A stretch of DNA of 64,000 nt from contig OZ024746.1 in NCBI GenBank assembly GCA_964016885.1, forward strand, positions 77,128,001 to 77,192,000, given 5' to 3'. Within the stretch, counting starts at the first letter, position 1. Every line of letters starts with the position of its first letter. The stretch comes from Eledone cirrhosa. Lineage: Eukaryota. This document shows positions 53,966-64,000 of this stretch, one piece after another. The notes beneath the pieces are model-generated. The model was not told the DNA's origin, made no database searches, and was given only the letters and a program-made list of their open reading frames with translations. The translations under genes were made by a program, and so were the position numbers.

Positions 53966-56874
53966 AACTGAAAATGAGTACCAGCAATAGCTGGGGGTTT
54001 AACCCTGTGATGGACCGATGTCCTGTCCAGGGGAGGGGGTCTTGTGCTCTCAGTCACTTCACACCATGAAACTGAAATAAGCACCAGCCTAACACACCTT
54101 CTGGCTTAAGACAGACTTTTTAGACACATTAGGTAGAAACTTCTCCAATATATTCCCTTTTCATTGCAACCCTTTAGATTTCACTTCCTTCATATTTTTA
54201 CCCCTTTCAATCACAAATCTGAAACATTAAAAAAAATCCTAATTTCCACCCCTTTTGATACCAACATGTCTCAAACCATCCTTATTTCTGTAAAATAAAA
54301 CAACCCATCTTAAAGGATTTTTATTTAAATTGAAATCTTCCTGTATAATTTGATACAAACACAATTTATTAAGTATAAATACCAGTTTAATAATGAACTA
54401 ATTGAATTTTTTAGTAAACCCCCCCCCCCCCCCCAAAAAAAAAAATGTTCATTAATTAATTGAAATAGAATGTATGTCATTAGGAATGATGAGGATGCGG
54501 ATGGTGATGGTAAGAATGATGATGGTGAGGATAATGATTGTGAAAATGATAATGAGGATGAGGATGATGGTAATAATGATGATGAGAATGTCGATGGTGA
54601 CAATAATGATGATGATGAGGATAATGGTAGTAATGATATTGAAGGTTATGCGCAAAAAGGTTAATCTTTCCTCACTCCTTAAATGTCCCACCCACCCTCT
54701 CTAACAAAACCTAAAATGTCTGTATGTATTGCCTGTCTCCCCATGTTAACAAATAAAAGCAAATTCCTATCCTGCCTAAATTTTAACACTCCGAATATAC
54801 TCTGTGGAACATAACTTCAAAAACAATTAGACACAAACATTTCATTTTATACAGATAAGGACTTTATACTTTTAAAAGATCCCTCAATAAAGTATTCTTA
54901 TATTATTTTGCTTCAAAGGGGAATGTATCCTTTATCAAACAAGCTTCAGTTGTATTTGATTGCATGTTTTAGGTTAATATGTCACTTAATATGTTATGCT
55001 GTTAGATAAAAGGAGATAAATGTCTTCTTAATAGTTTTAATCTAAGCCCATTATGCAGTCCATCTGCTATTACAAATGTTTATGAAAACTCTCAAATTAC
55101 TGAGCAATTTTTTGAAGTGACAATACTTAAAATAAATATAATGTTACATTATTATATTGATTTGAATTAACATTTTACTGATTCTAATTCAAATGTGTGC
55201 AGCAAGTAAAGGATTATAATTTACATAAATATTTCACATGATCTCTGACATTATTCAGTAATACAGAAAACCTGCCTTCCCATGTGCACAGGTTGAAGCA
55301 TACATTTAGTATGCACCACTTTTCCTAACTTTCCCTTCTCTTGTCCTAATACTCCACCCTTCACCCACGCCCCTATCCTCACCTGATAAGTCCCCCACCC
55401 CTAGATCTGCCTCTCCTCTCCCCATGCATCTTCTCCACCCCAGCCCCCAGTTCACACTGTAAAGTGGTCATGTAGGTGTCATGGCAAAAAGCATCCAGCC
55501 CTCATTGTAAAGTGGTCATGTAGGTGTCAGGACAAAAAGCATCCAGCCCTCATTGTAAAGTGGTCATGTAGGTGCCAGGACAAAAAGCACCCAGTACACA
55601 CTGGCAATGTGATTGGCATTAGGAGGGCATCCAGCCATAGAAACCAAGCCAAAATTAGTTCTGTATGAGCAAGACACGGTCATCTGCTCTGGCTTGTCTC
55701 ACTACGGGACAACTTGTCTAACCCATGCTAGCATGGAAAAACACGTTAAACAGGGATGATGATGATGGTGATGATAAACAGGAAGGAAGAAAAATTTATG
55801 TAGAAAAGGGGAACTTATTTCACATGGCAATGGAGTTACAGTGCTGGACTATTAAGCTCATGACATTAAGTTTAAATTTTACTATAATGATTATATAGTC
55901 TGTGCCTCTTGCTGTGGTTTTTGAAATGCCATCAAAGCTTGGTTTGTATGATGACAAACTAACTGATCTTTTGTTAATTATACAATCTGTTTCTTATTTG
56001 AATTGTCAGACAAAAGAAGAAAGAGATGAATGTTTTATCATTGCATGCATTGAAATAGAAAGACGTTTTAAGTGAGTATTAATGAAATATAAACTTGTGT
56101 ATGTGGATTGGCAGTATCGATAGAGGGTCGGATGCCATGCTTTCCAGCATAGTTACGTCCCTTTACGATCTGAGTTTAAATCCCGCCAAGGTTGACTTTG
56201 CCTTTCATCCACTGGATAATTGCTGGCCTTGTGCCTAAAGTAGAAACAATTAATGAAATATAAACTTAGAAGAAAAAACAACTGCATTATATTTATAAAA
56301 AATAACTACCGGTGTAATTTTTATAATGAAATTCTAAAGAATAATGTGGATAACCAACTGAACTAGTAGCTTATATCTTGAATTGAAGAATTATATTGGC
56401 AGTTTAAAGAATTCAAAGAAGACAACTTAACTTTACACACACCATTTCACTGACTAGTCAAATAATATCTTTCTGATTTCTGTGGAAATATTCTGAAGCC
56501 TCATGTATTCTTGGAGAATATAACAGGAATTCTTTCCATTATAATCTTTTTCAGGCATAAATTCAGTTTATTTTTTTCTTCAGAAAATACTGCAGATTCT
56601 TTATCTATCAGGCCTTCTGCAGTAATATTTTATTTGATGGTGTTTATCTAATTCTATGTGTATTGGTAGAGTTGCTAGAAGGTCAGATAGAATGGTTATT
56701 GGTTCAAATCCTGCTGAGGTCAACTTTGCCTTTCATCCTTTCAAGGTTGATAAATAAATTACTGGGGTTGATTCTTCCTCAATATTTCTTTCTCACCCTT
56801 TCTCTATTTATCACCCTTAATTATTCCACGAAGAGTTAGGGGGCTCATCTCATGGATTAGTATAATACGAAATA

Positions 56875-58746
56875 TCATCATCATCATCATCATCATCATC
56901 ATTTTACGTCCGCTCTTCCCTGCTCGCAAGGGTGTGACGGGTCTTATTCAGCACAGCATCTCTCCACTCGTCACGGTCCTTCGTCATCTCCACCGTGAGC
57001 TTCAATGATCTGAGGTCTGTTCTCACCACCTCCGCCCATGTTTTTCGTGGTCTACCTCTACCACGTCTTCCTTCAACTGGCATTTCCTGGCACTTCTTCA
57101 CCCATCCTCCATGCACATCACATGTCCATACCACCTCAGTCTCCTCTCCCGTATACTACATTCTATCCCTCTCAGACACAGTTTCTCTCTCAACACATTA
57201 ATGCTGGGTCGTTCACGCACATTTACACTGCACATCCAATGGAGCATGCTTGCCTCATTTCTCTCCAGCCGTCGCATATCCTCTGCAGTTGCTGCCCATG
57301 TCTCACTACCATGCAGCATCGCGCTCCTCACACAGGCAACATACAACCAGCCTTTCGTACACAGGGAGAAACCCTTCTTCATCAGCAGAGGAAGCAGCTC
57401 CCTAAACTTCTTCCAACCCATCCTTATTCTAGATACTATGGCCTCGGAACACCCTCCTCCCATGCTAATCTGATCTCCTAGGTACCGGAAGCTATCCACC
57501 ACTTCTATAGCACCCTCCTGCATTTGAAAAATGTGTATATCAATGCGACTTCTACTGTCTAATTTCCCTGTACATCTACTGCATACATAGTTCTCCCTAC
57601 CTGTTAGTTTGCCTGCTATCCCGCTACATCTCTTGTGTACCCAGGATGTGCATTGTGTGCATTTTATAGAATTTATGCCAGTTCCTTTTCTGCATATCGA
57701 ACATGGCCATTTCCCTGACGGAATCAGAGTTTTGTCCTCTTTGCTACTCATCAACACTTTTGTCTTAGCTAGGTTCACTCTCAGTCCTCTTGCTTCCAAC
57801 TGCTGTTTCCATAGCCAGAATTTATTCTCTAGCTCCTCTACTGATTCTGCTATAAGAACCAGATCGTCAGCATAGAGAAGTTCCCATGGACAGCCAGTCT
57901 TAAACTCCTCTGTTATGACTTGGAGGACTATAATGAACAAGAGCAGGCTGTGGACCGAACCTTGATGTACTCCCACTTGTATCTGGAATTTCTCACTAAA
58001 CTCCATTCCTACCCTGACTTTACTGAGAGTACCTCTGTACAAAGTTTGCACTGTCCTCACAAGCCATTCCTCAACACCTAGTTTCCTTAGGGACCACCAG
58101 ATGACAGATCGGGGTACCCTATCAAAGGCCTTCTCTAGGTCAACAAAGGCTAAGTATAGTGGCTTATTTTTCTCCAAGAACCTCTCTTGCAATTGTCTCA
58201 CCAAGAAGAGGGCATCTGTTGTACTCTTCCCAGGCACAAAACCAAACTGCATCTCATCTAGTTTGACCCTTTTTCTAATTAGTTGTGCTAATATCCTTTC
58301 TGCCACTTTCATAACCTGATCCATCAGTTTTATACCCCTATAATTGCTCCTCTCCAGAGCATCCCCTTTACCTTTGTAGCAATTTATGAGAATACTGCTG
58401 CACCAGTCTTTGGGTATGACACCACCATATATAGCCTGATTGATGATGCGTGCAACCAGTTTAGTGCCTACGTCCCCTGATGCCTTCAGCATCTCAGCAA
58501 CTATTCCTGATGTTCCAGCAGCCTTACCATTTTTCATTTCCTTAATCGCCTCTTGGACCCTATATTCGTCAATCTCAATAGCTGGTCCCTCTGTCGGATC
58601 TACTAAGGGTAATTTCTCTCTCTCCCATTCGTTCTCCACATTCATCAGTCTCTCATAATGACATTTACAGGCCTCCTTTTTGTGATCATTCGTGACACTA
58701 AGTACACCGATATCATCCCAGACACATTTATCTCCAACAACATCCT
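56875..58746 (-). mobile_element. 5'-truncated RTE-clade LINE
   Basis: RT ORF, then a frameshifted C-terminus (GRRGRGRPRKTW) and a GGACGTAAAAT(GAT)n tail. No endonuclease domain is present. Confidence 0.93.
57098..58645 (-). CDS. RTE reverse transcriptase (truncated, frameshifted near the C-terminus) with a PHD-like finger
   Basis: NYRGIKL, QFGF, FVDLEKAFDRVP, GVHQGS, LYADD, FRYLG and RRLRWYGHV motifs. Confidence 0.9.
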   Translation of the reverse strand: MNVENEWEREKLPLVDPTEGPAIEIDEYRVQEAIKEMKNGKAAGTSGIVAEMLKASGDVGTKLVARIINQAIYGGVIPKDWCSSILINCYKGKGDALERSNYRGIKLMDQVMKVAERILAQLIRKRVKLDEMQFGFVPGKSTTDALFLVRQLQERFLEKNKPLYLAFVDLEKAFDRVPRSVIWWSLRKLGVEEWLVRTVQTLYRGTLSKVRVGMEFSEKFQIQVGVHQGSVHSLLLFIIVLQVITEEFKTGCPWELLYADDLVLIAESVEELENKFWLWKQQLEARGLRVNLAKTKVLMSSKEDKTLIPSGKWPCSICRKGTGINSIKCTQCTSWVHKRCSGIAGKLTGRENYVCSRCTGKLDSRSRIDIHIFQMQEGAIEVVDSFRYLGDQISMGGGCSEAIVSRIRMGWKKFRELLPLLMKKGFSLCTKGWLYVACVRSAMLHGSETWAATAEDMRRLERNEASMLHWMCSVNVRERPSINVLREKLCLRGIECSIRERRLRWYGHVMCMEDG

Positions 58747-59144
58747 ATATAAATATTTAATTGTAACTAAGCTTATCAAGGAGCTTCTACATGATTTCAA
58801 GACTTGCTAGAAATAACAACTAGAAATAAAAAAAAATTGCATTCAGTAATACAGTCCTGGTATACACTGTGCTTTTTAAAAAAAGGGAAGGTCACTGCAG
58901 GAATGATTTTGAATATCAAAATTTTCGCCTCAAACAAATGAAAACAAGATTGGCAGTGGAATATATTAATTGCTGCAATGACTATATGATTAACATTATT
59001 GGCATGAACTCTTTTATTTCCATATTTATAATAACATACATTATATGTCAATTAATTGATGAAGAGTTTTGAGGAATTTACTAGAATGATTAATTATTTC
59101 ACTACTATTTGTAACATAACTTAACAAAAGCTTTTTATATATAA

Positions 59145-60165
59145 CTAGTAGTGGTTGCACGGGATAAGTTATTTTGGAACGCGGGCCGCCAACAGACCTA
59201 ATCGTGGAAAAACTGCATGCCTGGACAATATGTAAAGAAAATAAACCTAATACTCTGATGGCTGGATAATCTTTAAGATTTTCCTCGATGAAGCAGGAAA
59301 GATGTAGGTTTTCACCTAATGCGGGCCCTAAGGGATCAAGAAAATGAAATTTTTATGTGCATAATATGCCTTTAAATTTCGGGAAAATGGCTAGACGTAA
59401 CACTTCCAAAAGGCCCTAAGAAGCTGAAAAAATGAAATTTTTCATCTAGGCCATAAGAAAGTTGGATTTTCTTTGCTTGCGGTATGAAGAAGAAACTGAC
59501 TAATACATAGTTACAATTTCAAGGAAATCGGTCTGACGTAACGCCTCAAAAAACCCCTAATAATCTTTAAAAACGCAGTTTTTCACCTAATAGGAGATAA
59601 AAAAAAGTTGAATTTGTTATGTGCATAACACTCATTGAAACATAAGTAATACACATGTAAAGTTTGAAAAAAATCGGTTGGGTACTTCTCGAGTTTTAGG
59701 GATTCAAACTCACAGACACACACACACAGACATCCTCAGGGAAGTGACGTAATGCAGACAGTCAGACATATAGACAGATATTATAAGGGCGCATAGTTAC
59801 GTCCCTTTACGATCTGAGTTCAAATCCCGCCGAGGTTGACTTTGCCTTTCATCCTTACGGGGTCGATAAAATAAAGTACCAGTAATGCACTGGGTAATTG
59901 CTGGCCTTGTGCCTAAAGTAGAAACAATTATAAGGGCGCGACGTTATATGTATGTATCTATCTAAAAAGAGAAAGACTAAGAATTATAGAGTGAGATCGC
60001 TAAATCGCCTAATGCGGTCCCTATGGCATTGAAAATTTGAAATCTTTTTTGCTCATAACACTCTCTGAAACATAAGTATTACATGTGTAAAGTTTGAAAA
60101 CAGTCGGTTGGGTGGTTCTCGAGATTTAGGGATTCGAACTCACACACACACAGACAGACATCCTG
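59145..60165 (-). mobile_element. Helitron/DINE-like non-autonomous element with internal direct repeats
   Basis: Minus-strand end CCCGTGCAACCACTACTAG|T. An AAAGTTTGAAAA..TCGGTTGGGT..TTCTCGAG..(CAGA/CA)n block occurs at ~59620-59737 and again at ~60050-60164. Confidence 0.55.
59793..59926 (+). mobile_element. 5'-truncated Nin-core SINE nested in the Helitron-like element
   Basis: 13-bp TSD ATTATAAGGGCGC at 59780-59792 and 59927-59939. Confidence 0.9.
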
Positions 60166-60894
60166 AACCAGAGACAGTTTTGGTTGGGTTGGTATCATAG
60201 GGGTTAGACAACAGAAAAATGGGAATTGTGATAGGAAGATGGCTGAGTCCTGTGCAAAAGTATTGTGGTACAAAGTTACATCCCTTTTCATTCCCAGTTT
60301 AAATACTGCTGAGGATGACTTTGTCTTCCATCATTCAATTAGGAAAATACTAATCAAAGGCCAAAGTCATTCAAATTGCCTGGGCTCTCCACTCTCCCAC
60401 CTCACATTTAGGGCATTATTCTTAAATTCTTTTACTGGTTTTAGTCATTAGACTGTGGCAATGCTGGGGCGCCACCTTAAAGAGATTTAGTCGATCATAC
60501 ATACCCCAGTATATATTTTGTCAAGTCTGGTACTTATTTTATTGATTTCTTTTTGCCAATCTGTTAAGTTATTAGACATAAGCTTACAGTAAACGTAAAC
60601 ACACACTCACACACACATACACACTTTTGGCAATAAATAAAAAGATTTTTGCACCAAAAAAGAATTTCTATCATAATTTTATGAGTATCACTGAAATATG
60701 ATGTTTCAAAACAAATTTCTGTCTTAATGTATTTTATATATTTTGTGCACTCAATATATATATGGGGGTGAAAGCAAAAGTTATTTGATTAAACTTTTAA
60801 TATATATATAAGACCCAACTTGTCTCAATTGCAACAACCTATCCAAACCATGCTAGCGTGGAAAGTGAACATTAAATGATGATGATGATGATGA

Positions 60895-60959
<65 letters not shown>

Positions 60960-60960
<1 letters not shown>

Positions 60961-61735
60961 TAGTGGTCTCCCGGCCTTCGCCCTGGTCTGTACTGTACTC
61001 AAATCTATTCATAAGGCACCTATTGTCATGTTATAGTGTCCATTTTCATTAGAATAAAAATGTTAAAAGGTATTTAAATTTTGCATAACAATTTAAAAGT
61101 AATAAAGAAAATAAGAGAAAAATGTATTCTACTAAAATTATAAAACATTTACAGAACTTTTCTCTTTGGAACATATATGAAGAGTTTGTGGGGTCTTTCT
61201 AGTCTAGAATAATCTACATACAATGGACCATGTGAGAAACAGCCCTCTTCTAGATGGAGACTGATAACCTACAGGGTTTGACCTTGGAACTTGATAATGG
61301 TCATTGCGTAACTGACTATCACTGGGAATTGCAATCATTTGTAATGAAAGGGGACATCTGTTGGTATAAGCAGCATTCACAGTATAAATGCAATGTCTCC
61401 TTCATCGCATCCATCAAGGATTTTGGCTTTGATTATGTGAAGCTGTAGTTCAGTCACAACCATACATATCCTATTGCACAATTTTGGCTTATCCAGATTT
61501 CTGAGAAGCATGATGACTGCTCTTCTTCAATTCAAGGGGTGTGGCAACATACCAGATGGTTCCAGATTGTTGAGAAATTCAACAGGAGAATAAAGAGCTT
61601 TGTCCTCATCGAAAACTTTGTCAATAGATTTATAGGAGTGGTTTCCTCCAGGGATCATTTGTGAAAGATTTTTGTTGATGGCATTCACTATGATGTTTTG
61701 GGGTGCAAGGATTGCTTCTTATTGGTGCCTTTCTT
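60960..61735 (-). mobile_element. Helitron 3' remnant with decayed Pif1-like helicase
   Basis: KAILAP.N..VN.IN...IPG...Y.SID...PVEFLNNLEPSG..PH..MLLRNL..PKLCN...QFPV...AMTI.K.QGQTL...CFSHG.LYV..SR, with stops. Terminus CCAGGGCGAAGGCCGGGAGACCACTAG|T. Confidence 0.92.
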
Positions 61736-61776
61736 CATTGTTGTTGGTCTGTGATTGGTTATGGTTGCTATTAGGA

Positions 61777-62030
61777 TTAGGGGTGGTGGTTGGTGTTGTC
61801 ATGTGGTGTCTGTGACTGTGTTTGTAATATACTTATGACAAAGTTTCTTACAAAGCATTGTTCATAGCCTCTCTTTGACAGCAGTTTCTGAAAGTTGCTT
61901 AGCACAGGTTTTGCTTGGGTGGCCTCATCAAATCTGTCCATGCAGCATATAAGTTCGTTCCTGGCCACATTAGTATTTTAGGCTTTTGGAAAATGCTGAG
62001 TGTGGGTGGAGGAAGACATCTCATTGAGAT
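61777..62030 (-). pseudogene. Possible Penelope-like RT C-terminal fragment
   Basis: FLHPHSAFSKSLKY/NVARNELI...KLLSKRGY resembles the PLE L...S....K...E..R...L..RGY region. A hammerhead-like motif lies upstream on the same strand. Confidence 0.45.
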
Positions 62031-62378
62031 ACACCAAAGCATTATATATAGACACACACATATATATATATATATATAGTCTTCAACCTATTTGTATTTA
62101 TAGTTGTTATGGTATAAGCATGGCCACTGCTTTTGGTTGCTTTTCTTGTTGTCACATTTTCTTAACTTTGTGTTTACTCTGGATGATAATGTATTAACTT
62201 CTCACTCCATTGAGTGCTTTGTAACCACCGCAAACAATTTGATTAGTATCTACTATATTGCAACTACACATTCGATTCATACCCAATATCATATATATTT
62301 TTAAAAAATGACAAACACAGAGAAACAAAAACAGTTAATCTCATTTATTTCATGCTTTGGATGAAAGATAGAAAAAAA

Positions 62379-62416
62379 GTCCAACGTATCGGACATTAGT
62401 CCTTCATCAGGAATAC
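62379..62416 (-). ncRNA. Degenerate minimal hammerhead-like motif
   Basis: CCUGAUGA-A-GGAC-UAAU-GUCC-GAUACGUU-GGA. GAAA is changed to GAUA and stem I is weak. Confidence 0.45.
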
Positions 62417-63599
62417 AATAGTTCAGAAATAAAAAAATAAAAAATGGGGGACATTTGAATGTTTGTGTGTGTTGCTTTTAATTTTGTGTGTGTGTGTTGT
62501 TTTTAATATTTTTAATTTGTTGTGTGTGTCTGCATATATGTTGGTGGAATGGTCCATACGTAGTTTGTGATGATGTCTAAGTGTGTCTGGCTGTATTGAC
62601 ATTGTCTGTTTGTGTATTAAATATATAAGAAATTATTTGTGACAAATATGTATCTGTTCACTATGTATCTGGTCAATAAAAAAAATAAAATGGCACTCAA
62701 CTTCAAAAGGTGGATTAGCTGAAGTTGAAATAACTAGACATTGGTTAACCCATGGCTATATATAGTAGAAGGTATTATGCAGGGGAAGTGAATCTAAATC
62801 ACATGGTTGTGAAATGACTCTTTAACAACACAGCCATATATTGTGCTTAACTTAGAAACAAGTCATAGCATTACCATCACCATCACCTGGGTGATGGTAG
62901 CATATAATTGTTGTGTGTCAGACCAAATATGATTTTTGGAAGTTCAATCCCCACAAGGTCATCCTTCCAGAAAAGCCACCATCTGGTAATATATCACTCT
63001 AGGTTAGCTATCCAATGTGCACTATCATTCTACCAGTTACACATCATATTCTTCTAAATAAAATAATTTCAACTTACATTTTGGGAAGCTCGTGAATCTA
63101 ATTTTAGACTCTTCTTGCTTTGAGCACACCAAGGTTACATTTAGAGGGCGAGGAAAATGGAAAGCATACACAAATTATGCTTCTCTGGTGCTTTAGATAT
63201 TGCCATAATGTTGATACACAGCAAAGATGTTTAGTGATATATTTATTGATTCCTGGAAATTATTATATATTTTATTTAATTAGATAAATTTCTATAAAAC
63301 TGTAATCCAGTAATGTGTCTCTCTGAGGTCTGCACACTTGGCGGGGGGGGGGGGGGGGGCTAGTTGGCCTTAATAGTAGCATTGGCTCTGATGGTTGATA
63401 AAATATATGTCAATAAATCACTTGTGTCAACCAAATTGACTAAACCCTTCTTTTTCTTTTTCTTCTTCTTATAATAACGATAATAATGAAAATTATTGTG
63501 TACAATGCTCAGGTGCACTACAACAAAAATAAAGTTATAATGAATTGATTTGAAACCAACCCACAGTATTCCATAGTTTCATTAGGTCACGAAGACTTC

Positions 63600-63845
63600 T
63601 GCTTCTTGAGAAGCTCGTGGGTGTACGTAGAATCCTTAAACACTCCTCCCAAAGAGTCCTATCAGAAGCAATCATCCCCAAATGATCTGGCTGGATCTCT
63701 AAATGAGACCAACTGAGCTTAAGGATGTTATTCAACCATCTTGTTTATTGTCTACACCTAGGTCTCCTTGCAATTTGACTTTGTCTGTAAAATCTACCCA
63801 GTGATTCTTTCCTTACAAATTCTAACCACATGTCCATATACCAGA
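63600..63845 (-). pseudogene. Decayed RTE-like LINE 3' fragment
   Basis: WYMDMWLE...RWLNNILK...MIASDRTLWEE remnants; a related piece lies at ~52520-52590 (+). Confidence 0.55.
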
Positions 63846-64000
63846 GCTCGGATTTTAGAGTTAAAGAAACAAATAATTAGATAGGCTTAATTGTAACGAT
63901 AAAAAATAAAAAAATAAAATTTAACAAATTGGCAGTATAGGTAGAGCGTCAGACACCATGCTTTGCAACATAGAGTTATGGCTCTTTGCGTTCTGAGTTC

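Noticed and set aside
54452-54704. Acidic and Met-rich ORFs
   Set aside because: Degenerate (GAT)n low-complexity tract inside a MITE copy.
56440-56620. Exon-like unique segment
   Set aside because: No continuous frame and no recognisable homology.
62850-63252. Possible minus-strand exon(s) of a second gene
   Set aside because: Splice-like sites are present, but all frames of 63078-63252 contain stops and no protein is recognisable. A non-coding exon is not excluded.

Overview
AT-rich, repeat-dense eukaryotic genomic DNA; the repeat families suggest an octopus or other coleoid cephalopod (inference). About two thirds of the window holds one complete minus-strand spliced gene, reconstructed by hand as 20 GT-AG coding exons (ATG at 45416, TGA at 948). 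The exon phases chain without a break into 4377 nt, or 1458 aa. The product is an SR-cyclophilin of the NKTR/PPIG (moca) family: N-terminal PPIase domain, K/S-rich tract, moca motifs, an NKTR-type WKPGQKPWKP motif and RS regions. Introns and upstream DNA contain RTE LINEs, RTE-derived non-autonomous elements, tRNA SINEs, DD37D mariner-like transposons, TTAA MITEs, Helitron remnants and (TA)n microsatellites. The most unusual structure is a 347-bp near-perfect palindrome in the first coding intron, sitting in (TA)n, in which each arm contains a minimal type-I hammerhead ribozyme motif. Two further hammerhead-like motifs lie upstream; all are probably derived from Penelope-like elements. Also notable are an RTE insertion with a twin-priming-type 5' inversion, covarying hairpins in an RTE-derived repeat, and an unexplained 43-bp duplicated motif. 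Everything was read by eye; no searches or folding programs were run.
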